Shown here piece after piece: positions 24,868-37,794 of a DNA stretch of 64,000 nucleotides. How positions within the stretch are numbered: the stretch's first letter is position 1; each line of letters starts with the position of its first letter. The stretch comes from Marsupella aquatica (taxonomy: Eukaryota > Plantae > Marchantiophyta): positions 20,224,169-20,288,168 of the forward strand of contig OZ316891.1 of NCBI GenBank assembly GCA_973895155.1. The letters run 5' to 3'. Made by a program: the position numbers and the translations under genes. Below the pieces are notes generated by a model. The model was not told where the DNA came from, did no database searches, and saw only the letters and a program-made list of their open reading frames with translations.

Positions 24868-26266
24868 CTACTGTGCTGCACCATCATAATAAAAAACCTC
24901 CTCCAAATCCTTCCACCAGCTGGGCTCCCCGGCCTCCGAGCTGACAGCGCCGGGAACCAAACTCTCCTGATACCCATCCGTCATTTTCCACCACTCACGC
25001 ACTTTCGGATTCTCACGCATTCGCTCCATATCACCTCCCCAATTGGAGCCCACGTATTTGAAGGTCGCGAAGAGAATCCCCGTACCCTCATCGTGGAATA
25101 TGGAGTCTGCGCAGATACATGCTCGTCAGACATCAACGTTCGCTCTCGCTCGGAGATCTGAACTCAGGGCAAAGATGGAACCAAGGACGAATCTGCTGGA
25201 CTTGAGAGCGAGGGATGCCTGGATGCAGATGTGGGCAGCGTGGAGAATTGAGGAACAGAGAGTTTGAATTGAGAGCGAAAATGAGACTCATGACCTGAAC
25301 CAAGGACGAATCCTGAAGGTAAATCTGAGCTGAGTTTGCACTAGGGATCTGACTCGTCCACCTTGAGAAATGGAATGCAATAACATATCAATTTTGTGGA
25401 GAACCAAATCCTCTGCCGAAATGAAAAAAATCTAGGGTAGAAACACCTACTCTAACTGCCCACGAGAATTCGAGCGTCATAGTCCTGATTGTAGGAGTCT
25501 AGAACGGAGACATTTCCAGCTTGGGTCGATCTTTAGATGGGGTGAATTTGGTAATATGTCGCCTCTCTTCGGTTGTGTGCTACTGTGTATGTGGACGAAG
25601 ATAGAGCTTGGGTTGGAGGGTTCTCTAGAAGGGAATGTGATACGATTCTATGGTTGCTATACAGTTTAGAGGCACACCCTGTAGCTCTGCGGTCTGCTAG
25701 ATGGGAGTGAAGCAAGACAAGACGGGGCCCCTAAATGCACTGAAGGCGAAGTGAGCATTTGACTCGATAAATTCAGAATAGACATTGACAAAAGACAGAT
25801 GGACAGCCCCTCAAGAGAGAATGGAAATTCAACTCCGTCCCGAGCGACCAATTCGAAAGAGAACAGATAAAGCAAATGACACCCCCAAATACGAAAGGGA
25901 TCTGTGAGGCATCGAAGTATCGGGAACCGACAGAGAAAACAGGAACGACTCTCTCCTCTTCAGATTTGGATGAAGTTAAAACTCCCACAACGACCTACAC
26001 AAATAATAAAACTTCACAAGGGGACTCGTGAGCATTTGAACAACGCCGAAGCACGGAGGAGAGGAGAGGAGAGGAGAGGAGAGGAGAGGAGAGGAGAGGA
26101 GCGCACAATCCTGAATGTTGCAGTCCCGGATCTGCTTCAGCACTGCGGGCCAAACTTTGGCATGGCATTCTTTGTACTGGTCCACAAACTCCGGTTTCAG
26201 CTTTATGATTTGACCGACGCGCTTTCCAGTCGCAGCAGAAGAAGGTGGTTCGCTTAGGATCGACAT
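24868..26266 (-). CDS. L-rhamnose mutarotase (RhaM/DUF718 family), 132 aa, exons 26266-26107 and 25106-24868
   Basis: Splicing a phase-1 GT-AG intron gives …GQIIKLKPEFVDQYKECHAKVWPAVLKQIRDCNIQDYSIFHDEGTGILFATFKYVG…MRENPKVREWWKMTDGYQES…WWKDLEEVFY, containing the family Y..H..VWP, YSI and WW motifs. Confidence 0.85.
26055..26101 (+). repeat. (GAGAG)n microsatellite at the 5' end of the mutarotase intron
   Basis: About 9 perfect pentamers are visible. Confidence 0.9.
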
Positions 26267-27798
26267 GACTGACAGATCATTGACTAGCAGAAGAAGGTTG
26301 TGCGCTTAGAATCGACATGACTGACTAATCATTGACTACTGAAGTACTCCACACCAAATCCGAGAATAGTCTCTCTTCTCTAATAACTGAAGTGCTTTTT
26401 CTTGAGAAAATGCAGAGCCCGACTCTTTGTAAGTGCACAGTCCATAAGTGCAAACCCTGGCTTATTGCAAGGCGAGGGAATTGTCTCTTTAGTAATAAGA
26501 GCATTCCCACCAGTAAATGCAAACCCTGGCTTATTGCAAGGCGAGGGAATTGTCTCTTCAGTAATAAGAGCATTCACACCAGTCCCTCTGTATGTGACTC
26601 CTTCAATGAGTGGTGAGGTGAGTGGTGAGTTTAGGATTCCCTACTGGCTAGCATTGTGTACCTGGCCTTCATTCCCACCGGATGCACTATACAAGGAGGG
26701 GATCAAGAGTTGCAGCACACAAGCAGAGACACACCAAGTACTATTTTCTATTCAGTCCAAGTCAGCTATGACGGTTGCATGGAGACCGTCCCCTGGATGG
26801 TGCAAAGAAATGGGGAGAGCTGCTAAGGGAGTTCCCCGCATGCTCCTGCACCCCAAGTTTGGGCCTCGGAGAGCAAACAGCCCGGTAATCACACATCAAA
26901 ATGTGGTTACACTCACTGATTTAAAGAGGTGATTGTGCATCATGTCTGTCGCATTTTGGCAGACAGCAATGGGACCAACAGCTGCCTAAGTCATCCCCAA
27001 ACAGCAAAATCCAACCCAGCATGGCGATCATCATCATGGTTGTCATCTTCAGTTTTCTTCTGTTTATGGGGTTCTTTCCATGAGGGGCCAGAAGAGTAGT
27101 CTCTTATGTAATAGCTGAGGTGTGCTTGAGGGATATGTCACCTCTACCTAATGGCACACTTTGTAAATGCAGACCTTAGTACAAGGCAGTAATTTAGCAC
27201 CTTCTTATGAATGCAATGCACTAAACAACAAATATACCTGTTTCTCCCTTCGTGGCAAAAGGGGTGAGGCAAGGGAAGCTCGTCTATCTATCTCACTGTC
27301 TATATACGTACGTACCTATTAAGCTTGAAGCCAAATAATGTTCAAGGGGCATAACCACAATTCTGAGGTACATAGGGTGTGTACCCAGGGTATTGTTAGG
27401 TTTTTACCGGGGGTTTTACTCTTAGGTATGGAGTTACTATAATGTAACCGCAGTTTGTAGAGCCATAGTCGATCAGGTGTTTGGTTACGGTTGGATGTGC
27501 AACTACTACTTGCGCTAGCAAGACTTGCTCTCAAACTTACTCAGTGGGCGGGACTTAGGCTCATTGTTACAAAGCCAGTTGGAGGCCGGATAGGAATAGC
27601 TTAGTCTATGGAGACTCTATATATGCAACGGGCTTAGAGTTCACTAAAGTTCTCTTGTGTGTTCCCGTGGAAATAGCCTCTGGTGAGGTGATCCATGTAT
27701 CTCCTGAATCAACTACTTGAGTGTTTGGTGGATGTTGCATATGTGCATGTTGTCTAATGAGTGTTGTCAACAAATATATGTCAAATGTCTAATGGTAT

Positions 27799-28025
27799 TG
27801 TCAACAAATACCATTAGTAACTATGAGACTCATCAACCAGTGCGCATGCTTAATTTGCATGGTACCAAAATGCATTACCTTTGTTATGTCTGTTGTGTAA
27901 AACAACCATTAGACAACATGCAGATATGCAACAGACATAACAAAGGTAATGCATTTTGGTACCATGCAAATTAAGCATGCGCACTAGTTGATGAGTCTCA
28001 TAGTTACTAATGGTATTTGTTGACA
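27799..28025. repeat. Near-perfect inverted repeat: 97-bp arms, 33-bp loop
   Basis: 27799-27895 versus 27929-28025; I see one mismatch (ccag/ctag). Confidence 0.92.
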
Positions 28026-28269
28026 TGGTTCACAACGTCACAGGCATAAATTTTGGGTGCAAAAGCTTTCAGGGGCATGTTTAAGGGATGTATCCCTTGC
28101 AAGCAGCCCAATCCGAGAGATGGTTCCAAAGTATGGAAATTGGCAGTTTCAGTTAAGGAGTGCTCAATTCACCAATGTCAATGTCACCCAGGATGGGATA
28201 GGTTAGAGAAATAAGATTGGATTCACACAAACAGTTAGAGTGGACACTAGATTAATGATATTGTCCCCA

Positions 28270-28560
28270 CACTAGTAGAAACCGGGGTGTTTTGTGACCC
28301 GACCACTTATGACAGGCTTGACCACCATTGTGCGCAGCCCACACTTCACTCATATTTATGTGACTTTATACGACTTCTGAGTCATTCTTAAGTCAACATA
28401 AGACACCAAAACATATACAACTGTTCACTTTTTGGTCGCTGTCTTATTCCTATGACCAATTAGGAAGGGCGGGAAGGAAGGCAAGCCATTTTAGTCACTA
28501 AACTGACCATTACATATTGTGCACCTAATATGTGTCATGTTACCATTTGGATTTGGCATA
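28270..28560 (+). mobile_element. Possible CACTA (En/Spm) terminus with subterminal repeats
   Basis: CACTAGTAGAAA at 28270 is followed by scattered gtgac/gtcac-type motifs; no matching other end was found. Confidence 0.4.
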
Positions 28561-29667
28561 ATTTGGGGTCATACTTACCTTCTTTTATCCCTATTAGTAT
28601 GTTCATTTATGCAATAAGGATAAGGATGAGTTCGGTCCATTACTATATAGCCAACACATATTATGGTGCACGGTATGGACGTACGGTGTAACCCGGGCCC
28701 GACCTAATTAACTAATTAAACCTTGAAGTGAACAATTGGGAGCTAAACTCCGACCTGTCGATCTGTATTTCTGGCCTATACCCTATAGGCCAAACAGCCA
28801 CACAATGGAGGTTGTCTTACTCCCGGTGACATTGGTTGTTTTTATTGAAGGTGGTCGCCTTGTGGCTGGAATCCCAACTCAACAGTGCAATTTTGCAGTG
28901 TGTGGGAAGGTATCTCATTGATTTGACTCAAACAAACTGGCCAAATTGACAACCGAAGATGTAATCTTGTTTGAACTGTACCAGGCTTGCGGTTGGGAAA
29001 GCTGAAAATGCTCTGAATGAAGCACAACCAAGATTACACAATATTCTTACCACTGGCATGACCCTGATCAAGTGCAGGTTGGCCTCTAATGCAAGTACTC
29101 TTTGGCCATCAGTTGGAGCGATTTCAGATAGTATCAGGAACCATTGAGCAAATGATGTGAAACCCGTTAATAACTTATATCCAACATATATTTTCAGGCT
29201 GGATTGAAGCAAGCTTTCTCAAATATAAAATTTCCAAACCACCTGTCCAAATCACCTCCATGTGCACAAGCAGGCACTGTTGACCATATGCTTTGCAATA
29301 GCAACCCACTTTGAAAGCAACCTAGCCATATTTTCAAGCATAGTTTAAAGCTTGATCTAAACACAAAGTTCACGCTGAGAATGAGTTGTACAAAATTTTA
29401 TATTCTCTTGCTTAGAGTACCTTCTTCAATGTTCTATCTTTTGGGGACTTCTAACCCAATCAGTTATTAGTCACCATTATGAAAGCTTTTTCACTCAGCT
29501 ATCCTTGCTGAGTCACTTCTTTAACACTGTGTCATGCAGCCTTCCTGAGTAGGAAGGTTCCACATGGAGAAAACTGGTCGGAGTGAGTGATAATTGATCA
29601 ATACCAATGATTGACAACTGATGGGTTGCAACATTGGTAGATGAAGAGTAATTTGAATGTATATCAT

Positions 29668-30603
29668 CTAGTAGGGAAGGAGGCTGTCCAATATTTTTTT
29701 GATCCCTGGCTTGGCATACCATTCTAGGCAGGTCTCCCGAATATGAGTGGATGAAACGTAAACAGCCAAATAGCCATGTGTAGCTGAACATGTGTTGAAC
29801 ATCCGGGATCCTGTCAATTGTAGGGGTGGAATAGTTTGTTTATTAGCAAGCCTTTGTAAGCTTGAGACCATTTTGTTGCTAGGATTTCTCACGGTTTGAG
29901 ATCTGTAACCTTTGCATTGTAATGGTGAATTTTTCTCTGCAACAAAGACGGCACTAGCCATTCCAGCTTGAGACCTTAAGGGATATACACCCGAGTGTAC
30001 GCCACATAAAAGTTTTGAATTGAGTGTGACAGCCCCACCAGAGCAACCTGGAAGACCACCCATGTATGTTGCAAGGGCATCTACAATGAGTGGCTTGCTT
30101 GGAGCCTTATGATTGGCACCCATATATGCTATGCGGCCAGGCATCTCTGCTGGTCGAACTTCCTTCAAAGGAAGTTGACCCCACACATTGTCCAGGTACC
30201 ATGGAAATGTTAGAAGACGAACTTCCCTACCAGATTGCTCTTCACCATCAGGTGCCAAGTCAAACCCCTTGGAGCCAGCTAAAGGGGGGCCTTGTAAGAG
30301 TGCAAGATCATATTTCTTTGATGTGTGAAGAACTTTCACTGGTCCACCAAATGCAAATAATTTCCCTCTTGTACTCAAATTGGGCTCACCCTCTTGTGCA
30401 ACCATGTGCCTACATGTGAGCAAGAGTCTAGTGTGCTTCTGATGAAAGGCCAATCTTAGGACAATTCCTATCCCACATAAGCCCCCTCCTTGGTCTCTAC
30501 GATCTTCTATTAGTCTACCCACTCTTCCATAGTAATCTTCCAAAGTGTCTCCCCCCACAATCCATTTATCTATCCAAGGTGACCATCTTCCTGTGGTAAC
30601 CAT
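29668..30603 (-). CDS. Trypsin-like (S1/PA clan) serine protease, single ORF, ~311 aa from ATG 30603
   Basis: Triad motifs LLTCRH, YDLALL and PGCSGGAV, followed by LCGVHSG; no signal peptide or PDZ domain visible. Confidence 0.75.
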   Translation of the reverse strand: MVTTGRWSPWIDKWIVGGDTLEDYYGRVGRLIEDRRDQGGGLCGIGIVLRLAFHQKHTRLLLTCRHMVAQEGEPNLSTRGKLFAFGGPVKVLHTSKKYDLALLQGPPLAGSKGFDLAPDGEEQSGREVRLLTFPWYLDNVWGQLPLKEVRPAEMPGRIAYMGANHKAPSKPLIVDALATYMGGLPGCSGGAVTLNSKLLCGVHSGVYPLRSQAGMASAVFVAEKNSPLQCKGYRSQTVRNPSNKMVSSLQRLANKQTIPPLQLTGSRMFNTCSATHGYLAVYVSSTHIRETCLEWYAKPGIKKILDSLLPY

Positions 30604-31208
30604 TGCAATATTCAATACTATAGAAGGAACAAGTGCTACAATCAAATTGATTACATCCAATGCTTTAGGATTGGTTCGAATCAATAAAGGTTTGCAGTAG
30701 CTTATGTACGTAACCTCACAGGAAAGGTGTTTGACATACAAATAGAAAGATTTGAGCTTAATTATGTTTATCTGATATAGAGAAATATATTTACTTCTTA
30801 GGAGCGTTGGTAAGTTAGTGAGAACAGTTTTCTTCTAGACCTAACATTAAGATGGATAATAATCACAAAGATTTTAAAATATTTTTAAAACAAAATCTGT
30901 TAGCTTAAATATATCAGATATTACATCAAATGCACCTTCCAATGAAAAATACATACAGGAATTTTGCCAAAATATTTGGTTTATTCTTTAGGGCATCATG
31001 ATAGTTCCACGTCAAAAGTTTCTGTTAAAATGGATTAGAAGGTATAAAGTTTTATATAATACCTTTAGCCCACCCAATGGCTCTCAAGTGTATTTTGAAA
31101 AGCTGAAGTGAATGACAAGAAGTATGCACAAGAAAAATATGAAATTAACACATAGCCTAACAGTAAATTTACTGAAATTAACTGAATTCACAATACTCCG
31201 GGTAGAAT

Positions 31209-31853
31209 TTATGTGCAGTGTTGACCTTTTAGCAATGGATTTCGAAGTGACCATTGAGGTTGAATAGTAGTTATCTGCCTACGAGACACTGTGCTCCTAC
31301 ACTTCAAAGGAGACTTATCCCTTTTACGAGCATTCACATTTTCAGTTTGGGAATGTGTTTTGGGGATGGTTCTAAAAAGTACTACTTGTCCACTTTGAAA
31401 CTGTATTTTGCTTTTTCCACATTCCTGTCCCTCCACTGTATGCCAAATTCCAGGTTCTTGCTCGATATCTACCTGTGAAGCCCCTAAGTGCCTTAAAACC
31501 TCTGTAACATCTACTCTGCCATCCTCCAAATTAAACACAATTACTTGCCCTGGTCGCGATGCAAGGTTCCCTAATAGCTGTGGGTCATCGGTTCCGAATT
31601 TGGGGTTATGTTTTCTTATAAAGGTCACAACTGGCCTTGCTTCTTTATTTCCTCGAATGTCATTTTCCAATTCCCAAAGCTCCTCCTCTCTTAGTGCTAT
31701 TGATTTATCCCAGGTGACCTTCTTTTTTATCTTATTATATCTACACAAGCTAGCCACATTTCTCCCTTGGGAGAATGACACACTTCTCTTGTGAGTGTGG
31801 CTTTGCCTATGGGAAACCATTGTACCAAGGATTTTCCCCACATGTAGCCCCAA
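31209..31853 (-). CDS. Uncharacterised ORF upstream of the protease on the same strand
   Basis: 214-aa ORF in AT-rich DNA with a globular-looking core (VIVFNLEDGRVDVTEVLRHLGASQVDIEQ); no family recognised. Confidence 0.35.
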   Translation of the reverse strand: MGLHVGKILGTMVSHRQSHTHKRSVSFSQGRNVASLCRYNKIKKKVTWDKSIALREEELWELENDIRGNKEARPVVTFIRKHNPKFGTDDPQLLGNLASRPGQVIVFNLEDGRVDVTEVLRHLGASQVDIEQEPGIWHTVEGQECGKSKIQFQSGQVVLFRTIPKTHSQTENVNARKRDKSPLKCRSTVSRRQITTIQPQWSLRNPLLKGQHCT

Positions 31854-33970
31854 GGCATCATGGACTAAGATGTGTGTTGTTTCTCAACTGAGATTCCCCC
31901 CCTTCAGACATCTCATTATCTCTATATAATCATTGTACTACAAACAAAAAGTGGGCATCAAGTAATGTTAAGAATCTCTTCAAGGAAGATTGTGTATAGT
32001 CAATGTTGACCTTGTAAGTTTTCTTAATCAATTGTAAACATTAGGAGTTTCCTTCTTGAGGTAGCTTAGCCATTATTTATGTGATAAAGACAAGTATGCT
32101 CAAGTAAAATTGACTAATCTAAAACTATAAGACTATGTAAGAGTAAGTAAGGTCCTAGCACCAATATGTGCACCTATAACCACTTGTATAATCGAATTGA
32201 TTCATCCTCAATCTTACCTCCGATAGCTTGATGGATAATTGCAAATAGAAAGGTATTCCCTTTGCCACCACAAAAGGCTGATCATAAGTAGTTGTAAAAA
32301 AATTATAAGTTAAGGTTAAAATTACAGCAGGCAATGTATTTTTCTTGACTAACAAAATACATGTTTTTTTAAGCTAACCTCCTTTCTTGGAAAACCCTAA
32401 CATAAATCATTAAAGCATAGCATATTGTCTAAAATTATGTCGTATCAACTTGTGTGGAGAGGAAGAAAACAAACACTCGATTGAAGGTAGAGCATGAAAC
32501 TCTCCAACTAAATGTATGGTTCTATGTTTGTGCCTGCAATTTAATTCATAACAACTATCAACTTTTATCATAGAGAAATGTTGTTACAAAGATGCCAGAG
32601 AACATTGAATGTGTGTTTTTCCTAACTTATGCCAAAATGCTATCAAAACTTTGAAATCATCTATGAATATTTTCAAGCAGCCTCAAAGACAAATCTTTCA
32701 AGAACATATGCCTCCTATGTAACTGATCTAAAATTGAAGAAGCAAAGAAATTAATCAAATGTTGGAATGAGTAAATAAATCTAATAGACTTTTTCTGTTG
32801 TTTGACCTAATTTTTGGGGTGTTTTTCTTCTGTCCCTTAACAATGGAGATTCGCTACCTTCCATCAATTTCATTGTTGTGTTGGAGAAAAGAGTGCTCAG
32901 AAATAGCATTCAAGGCAAATGAAAATCCTATACTGTACCTATTGGAAAGATCATGTCAGTAACAACTACAATATGCATTAATTTGTTTGTCAAGATGAAA
33001 CTTCAAACTTTATGTTAAAACATCTTGTAGTCAGATGGTCAATGTGACCTCAAACAAATTCTTCACCTTGCTTCCTTGATTAAGCCCTTTATATCTACCT
33101 TTGCATAAATTGCTAAGGCTCCTTGTAATACTACTGTAGTTGCAAAAATAATCACATCAAGAGAACTCCTTCAAGCATTCTGACTAAATGATTCAACCTT
33201 TTACACTATCCTTCACATGTAATACATGTCCACCTTTTACAGTATCCTTATATCTTACTAAGTGTGGATATCTTCTGAAACTAATGCAATTATTCAATGA
33301 GCAGTACTGGTAGATTGAAAAGTAACACAGACCAGTTAGTTTTCTTTCCCAACCAATAGTATGATTTACACATATATTCTGGTGTAATTTGATATTGAGA
33401 TTACAATGTCATGAACGGGTGTGATTCAATACTGAAAAGGTGTGTCATTTCATGAAATATTATAATTTTCAATACTAGAAGTACTCAACAAAATATGAAA
33501 CAAGGGATAGAATTTCTTGCATTAAACATATTGATGACTCTGGAGTACGTGACATCATTCAAAGCAATCAAAGGATGACTTGTGATCCTTGTCATGGTGT
33601 AGGCTTGTTCAATTCAATTCAACTTGGTGCTCTGAATTTGTAAACATTTCAGCTGTAAAATGGATTGTAGAGAATACTTTTTAATGACAAGAGGTATTAG
33701 CTCTCATTGGAGACCATTGCATAGGCCTTCTGCAATCACTTTGCTGCAGGACTTTCAGCTCTTCACTGATAATTGTTCATTGGTACATATTACACAAAGT
33801 CCTTGCTCCAACCTCTGGTTGACAGTAATGCTACCGTTCAAGCATTGAAGTGGAAGTTTGTGCAAATCAAACGTATCACGAGATCTCTGTTTCAAATAGG
33901 CTACATATCGCTTAAACCTCACACTAACTTCTATACCTGGTTTCTACAAGTAGAACTCCTTTCTGAGTAA

Positions 33971-34228
33971 ATAGCCCGATTACCCGTTCCTTGAACGTAA
34001 ACAGATATGAAGAAAAAAAATCTTGCATAATAATATTTCTATGCTATTTCGTTAATCTTTGTGTCATTCTTGTTTTTTTTTCACCCCCATTTCAGTTTTG
34101 TCTTTGTTTGAAGTTAATTTCATTTTTGTCCATCCTCATTTTAAGTTTTTTTAATTGAGATTCATGATCACTTTGTCTGTACTGGAGTTACGGTCTAGAG
34201 GCTTCACTCTAGACCCTAGGCCCTTAAG
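33971..34228 (+). repeat. Dispersed ~270-bp non-autonomous element, copy 1, with a subterminal hairpin
   Basis: Homologous in inverted orientation to 59457-59741 (tagcccgattacccgttccttgaa… and ggtctagaggcttcactctagacc). Confidence 0.75.
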
Positions 34229-35394
34229 AGTAGACTTTGTTTGGGCTTTTATAGTAAGATTGTGAGGCAGTCACACAACTACACACATTATATAAGTACT
34301 GTTTGCAGCTTTGGTAGTCAGCAATAGCTATTTTATGGCAATATCCCAATCATCACAAAACAATCCCTTCATCTCTAAAATAATAGTAAAAAATTTCTTT
34401 GTAAAACAATGTCATTGTTTTAGCCAACACCAAATTGTATTTCATTTCTTTATGCCCTACAAATGGTCTTGAGAGTTTACTTCAATACCATTTTGACTCC
34501 CCTCTCATACATTCCCCATCCCCATACCTGTATCCAACCCCATATACCTGTATCCAACCCCATATGTTAGGACCAAGCTGTCCTTTATACTACCCATCTT
34601 TATCCTTGTATTTACTCCACCCATCCTTGTACATACCTGCTCCAACGCTTTATCGAGTCCCTTCTCTACTCTATGTACTTCCTGCCTCCCTCAACATGTC
34701 CTCACAAGCATATGGGGAGGCACTAATATCTACCATATCATATGGATCCAGAAAATGTTCATGACTTGACTCGGAATGGAGGAAAAAAAACCTCTCAGCT
34801 TTGCAGAAACCCTATGGCATTACAATGACCTTGTCAAGGTTATGATTACTAAGTAACAGCGGGAGTAACAGCTCAGGTAACAGCCCAGCTAAGCCGCCAG
34901 CTAACAGCTCGCAAGATGAGAAACAAACCATAAGTAGGGGTACTTAGTAACTCTTATGTACTGCTTTGTCAACCTAATTCCGAGCATCAAATTTAGTGTG
35001 TGTAAATTTTTCTTGACCACAAAAATGCCATTTTGGTGTGGCTTCAGGCTTGCAAGTCACAAGCTAAAACCACAAACAAAGTCTATATATGCCATGCATG
35101 GGGGCTAGGGGTGGAGCTTTTTCTTTGGTGGACTGACAAGTGCTTACATGTCAAGGGAATAGATTAGATTGGAGCCAGTGGCTAATAAGATCATCAACAT
35201 TGGTGAGGGGGATCAAATGGAGATAGGGTTTGGGGGGAGAGGCTCACAAACTGTTACCTGTTGTGCCCCACCCAAGTTAAAACCAGGTTTAGGGAAACAC
35301 AGTTTGTTAGAGAAAGTCAAGGAGGGCATAGAACTGATACACTGAAAATCACAACAGTCATTAATATGGCCAAACATGTTCCACCCGGGTACAC

Positions 35395-36468
35395 AACATC
35401 ATCAATTATCAGTGGCTGATATTGACCTCTCATAGCAATTATCAGTTTTGACGTTAAAAAATTCTGAATCTTAGCTGAGTAACTGAGATGGGGCCTTTGC
35501 ACCTTTGCGTGTCTCAACTGGGCAGCTGAGATTGACTCAATCTTGGCTGACTTCGCCGAGATAGTGTACAGACAAAAAAAAGACAAACAATTCATTGTAA
35601 AATTTTGAAAAAAATTGGAATTATTTTGTCAGAATTTTTTAAAATCAGAAAATTAAACAGAAATTGATTTTTTTAAATAAAAAATGGAAAATTCAAAAAA
35701 TTTCCAAAAAGTGAAATTTCTCCATTAAATTTTAAATAAAAAATCATTTTTTTCAATTTTTTCTTGCTCCGCCACTCGGCGGGCTCTCTAAGATGAGGTT
35801 GCCGCTGATATCAGGCTTACTTATGGAGACCATTGATAACTGGTGAAATATGTATAACTACTTCATCAGTCATAAGTCATTTTCATCAATTTACCTGATA
35901 TCAGTTGCCATGTCATCTTAGAGAGGCCACCGAGATGTAGCGACAAAAATAATGACATTTTTTTATTTGAAATTTTTATTTCACTGTGAGCCCTATGCCC
36001 GTGCATTGCACGATGCAAGGAGGGCTGGCCCATAGGGAATCGGGCGGGGTATTTATGGGGCAGCACATATGTGCCAGGGTGCACATTTCCTTCAGCAATG
36101 GTCATGGAAAACAACTAATCAAATCTAACTGCTTGAGATCTTTCCCACCCAAGAGCTTTTGTTGTATTGGGACGACGGACAAAAAAAGGCAGGATCCCTT
36201 ATTATAGTTGTAGATGGGGTGTACGTATGGTACAAACACCCCATCTTGGCGAGGTCAGTTGAGATGGTTAGTGTCAGCCTGGTATGGACAGATGAAAAGT
36301 CTGTACACCTATCTCTGCCAGGTCAGCCGAGATTGGGCCAATCTCTGTTGCCCAACTAAGATGCACAGAGGTGCAAAAGGTCCATCTCCGATACTCAGCT
36401 GACATTCACAAAATCTATGGGCAAAAATACTGATAATTGATATCAGCGTCTGATACATGATGAAGTTG
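35395..36468. mobile_element. Degenerate foldback/MITE-like element (~1.1 kb imperfect palindrome)
   Basis: 35466-35573 is the reverse complement of ~36299-36408. An inner pair (ctctaagatga…gctgatatcagg versus cctgatatcag…tcatcttagag) is centred near 35850. Confidence 0.7.
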
Positions 36469-37794
36469 TCGACCCCAGCCCTAATTAAGATAATTGAGTT
36501 AGAAAGTGACATTCAAATTCTTGACCTTCAGCTATGAACTTCAAAATTGCTTTAAACTTGCAAGATAGTGTGATGATTTATTATTCCCTGTTTAATTTAA
36601 ATTCTTGTCACAAGTGTCTCAAGAATGTTTTTAAATAATGCATCCTTTCACAATCCTACTACTATATAAAATACCAATCCCGCCAAAAGTGGATGCAGTC
36701 CGTTTACAAAATCACTTTTGGAGGGAAGATTCCATGACCTTTGGATTTATAGGTCCTTTTGTCCTAGCCTTTCATTTGTCAAAAACAATATCTCTAACCC
36801 AAGTAAGACAAAGTATTTTGGTATGCACAAAGATTCTCTAAGAAGGGGACATGATGGCATACCCTTTATGTGAATGCCAGGTGTTGCCATTGGAATGGGG
36901 CACTTGGGACACCATTATGAGGGAATAGGAACTAGGAGACATAAAGGTCAAAATAGGGAGGGGAAGTAATGATACAACCATGGGTGAAAGGGATAAAGAG
37001 TATCATACCCTCCCATAAATACAAGATAAGGGGATGAGACAAAGTGGAGCAAAGGAAGGTGAGAATAAAGATAATAATAATAAGGCAATAAGAGGAGAAA
37101 ATGGACACCTTTGCCTTTCATTGGGGTTTTTTTGGGGGGGCGGGGAAGGGGGAGGGGGGAGAAGGGAGAGGCAGCCCAAGAGAAAGGGGGGGGAGAGGAG
37201 GCAATGAGGAGGAGGGGGTTGCCACCCTCCACCTAGGGTTGTGTAAATGTGCATGTTTATGTTGTCCTCACCTATCTCCCTTATCACTTTTGCAACAATA
37301 TATTTTTGACATCTTTTCCTAATCTCAACATCATTTTCTTGCCTTGACATCTTTTAATCACCTCCACATCTTTTCTCCCTTCTATATCTTTTCTCCCTTG
37401 ACTTCTTTTGCACTCCTCAACATCATTATTTTTGTCTCCTCAACACCTTTTCTCACCTTGACTTCTTTTATCTCATCTTGCCATCTTTTTCTCACCTTGA
37501 TGTGTTTATCTCATCACGAAATCTTTTTCTCTTCTTGACATCTTTTCCTCGCCTTAACATCTTTATTCACCTTGACTTCTTTTCCTCACCTCGACATCTT
37601 TTTCACTTCAAGATCTTTCTTCACCTTGACATCTTTTGTGCAATGCACAGGCAGTTTATAGAGAAATTCCAAAGAAAGTTTTATATTTTTGTCCGTGGTC
37701 TTTGTTGACATCAATTTTGATTTGGTCATCAGTGTGAGCTTGAATGATTGTGTGCTTCATTTTAAGAAAGTGTGTTCAATTTCTATGCAATTTG

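Noticed and set aside
26449-26580. 69-bp tandem duplication and the ORFs across it
   Set aside because: A simple local duplication with no coding signal.
32380-33850. Possible decayed transposase/RT on the minus strand (IFIDDF-like and TAH-like words)
   Set aside because: Isolated short matches without supporting flanking motifs.
37240-37310. hAT (DUF659)-like peptide YIVAKVIREIGEDNI
   Set aside because: Only ~15 aa within low-complexity sequence; too little to call.
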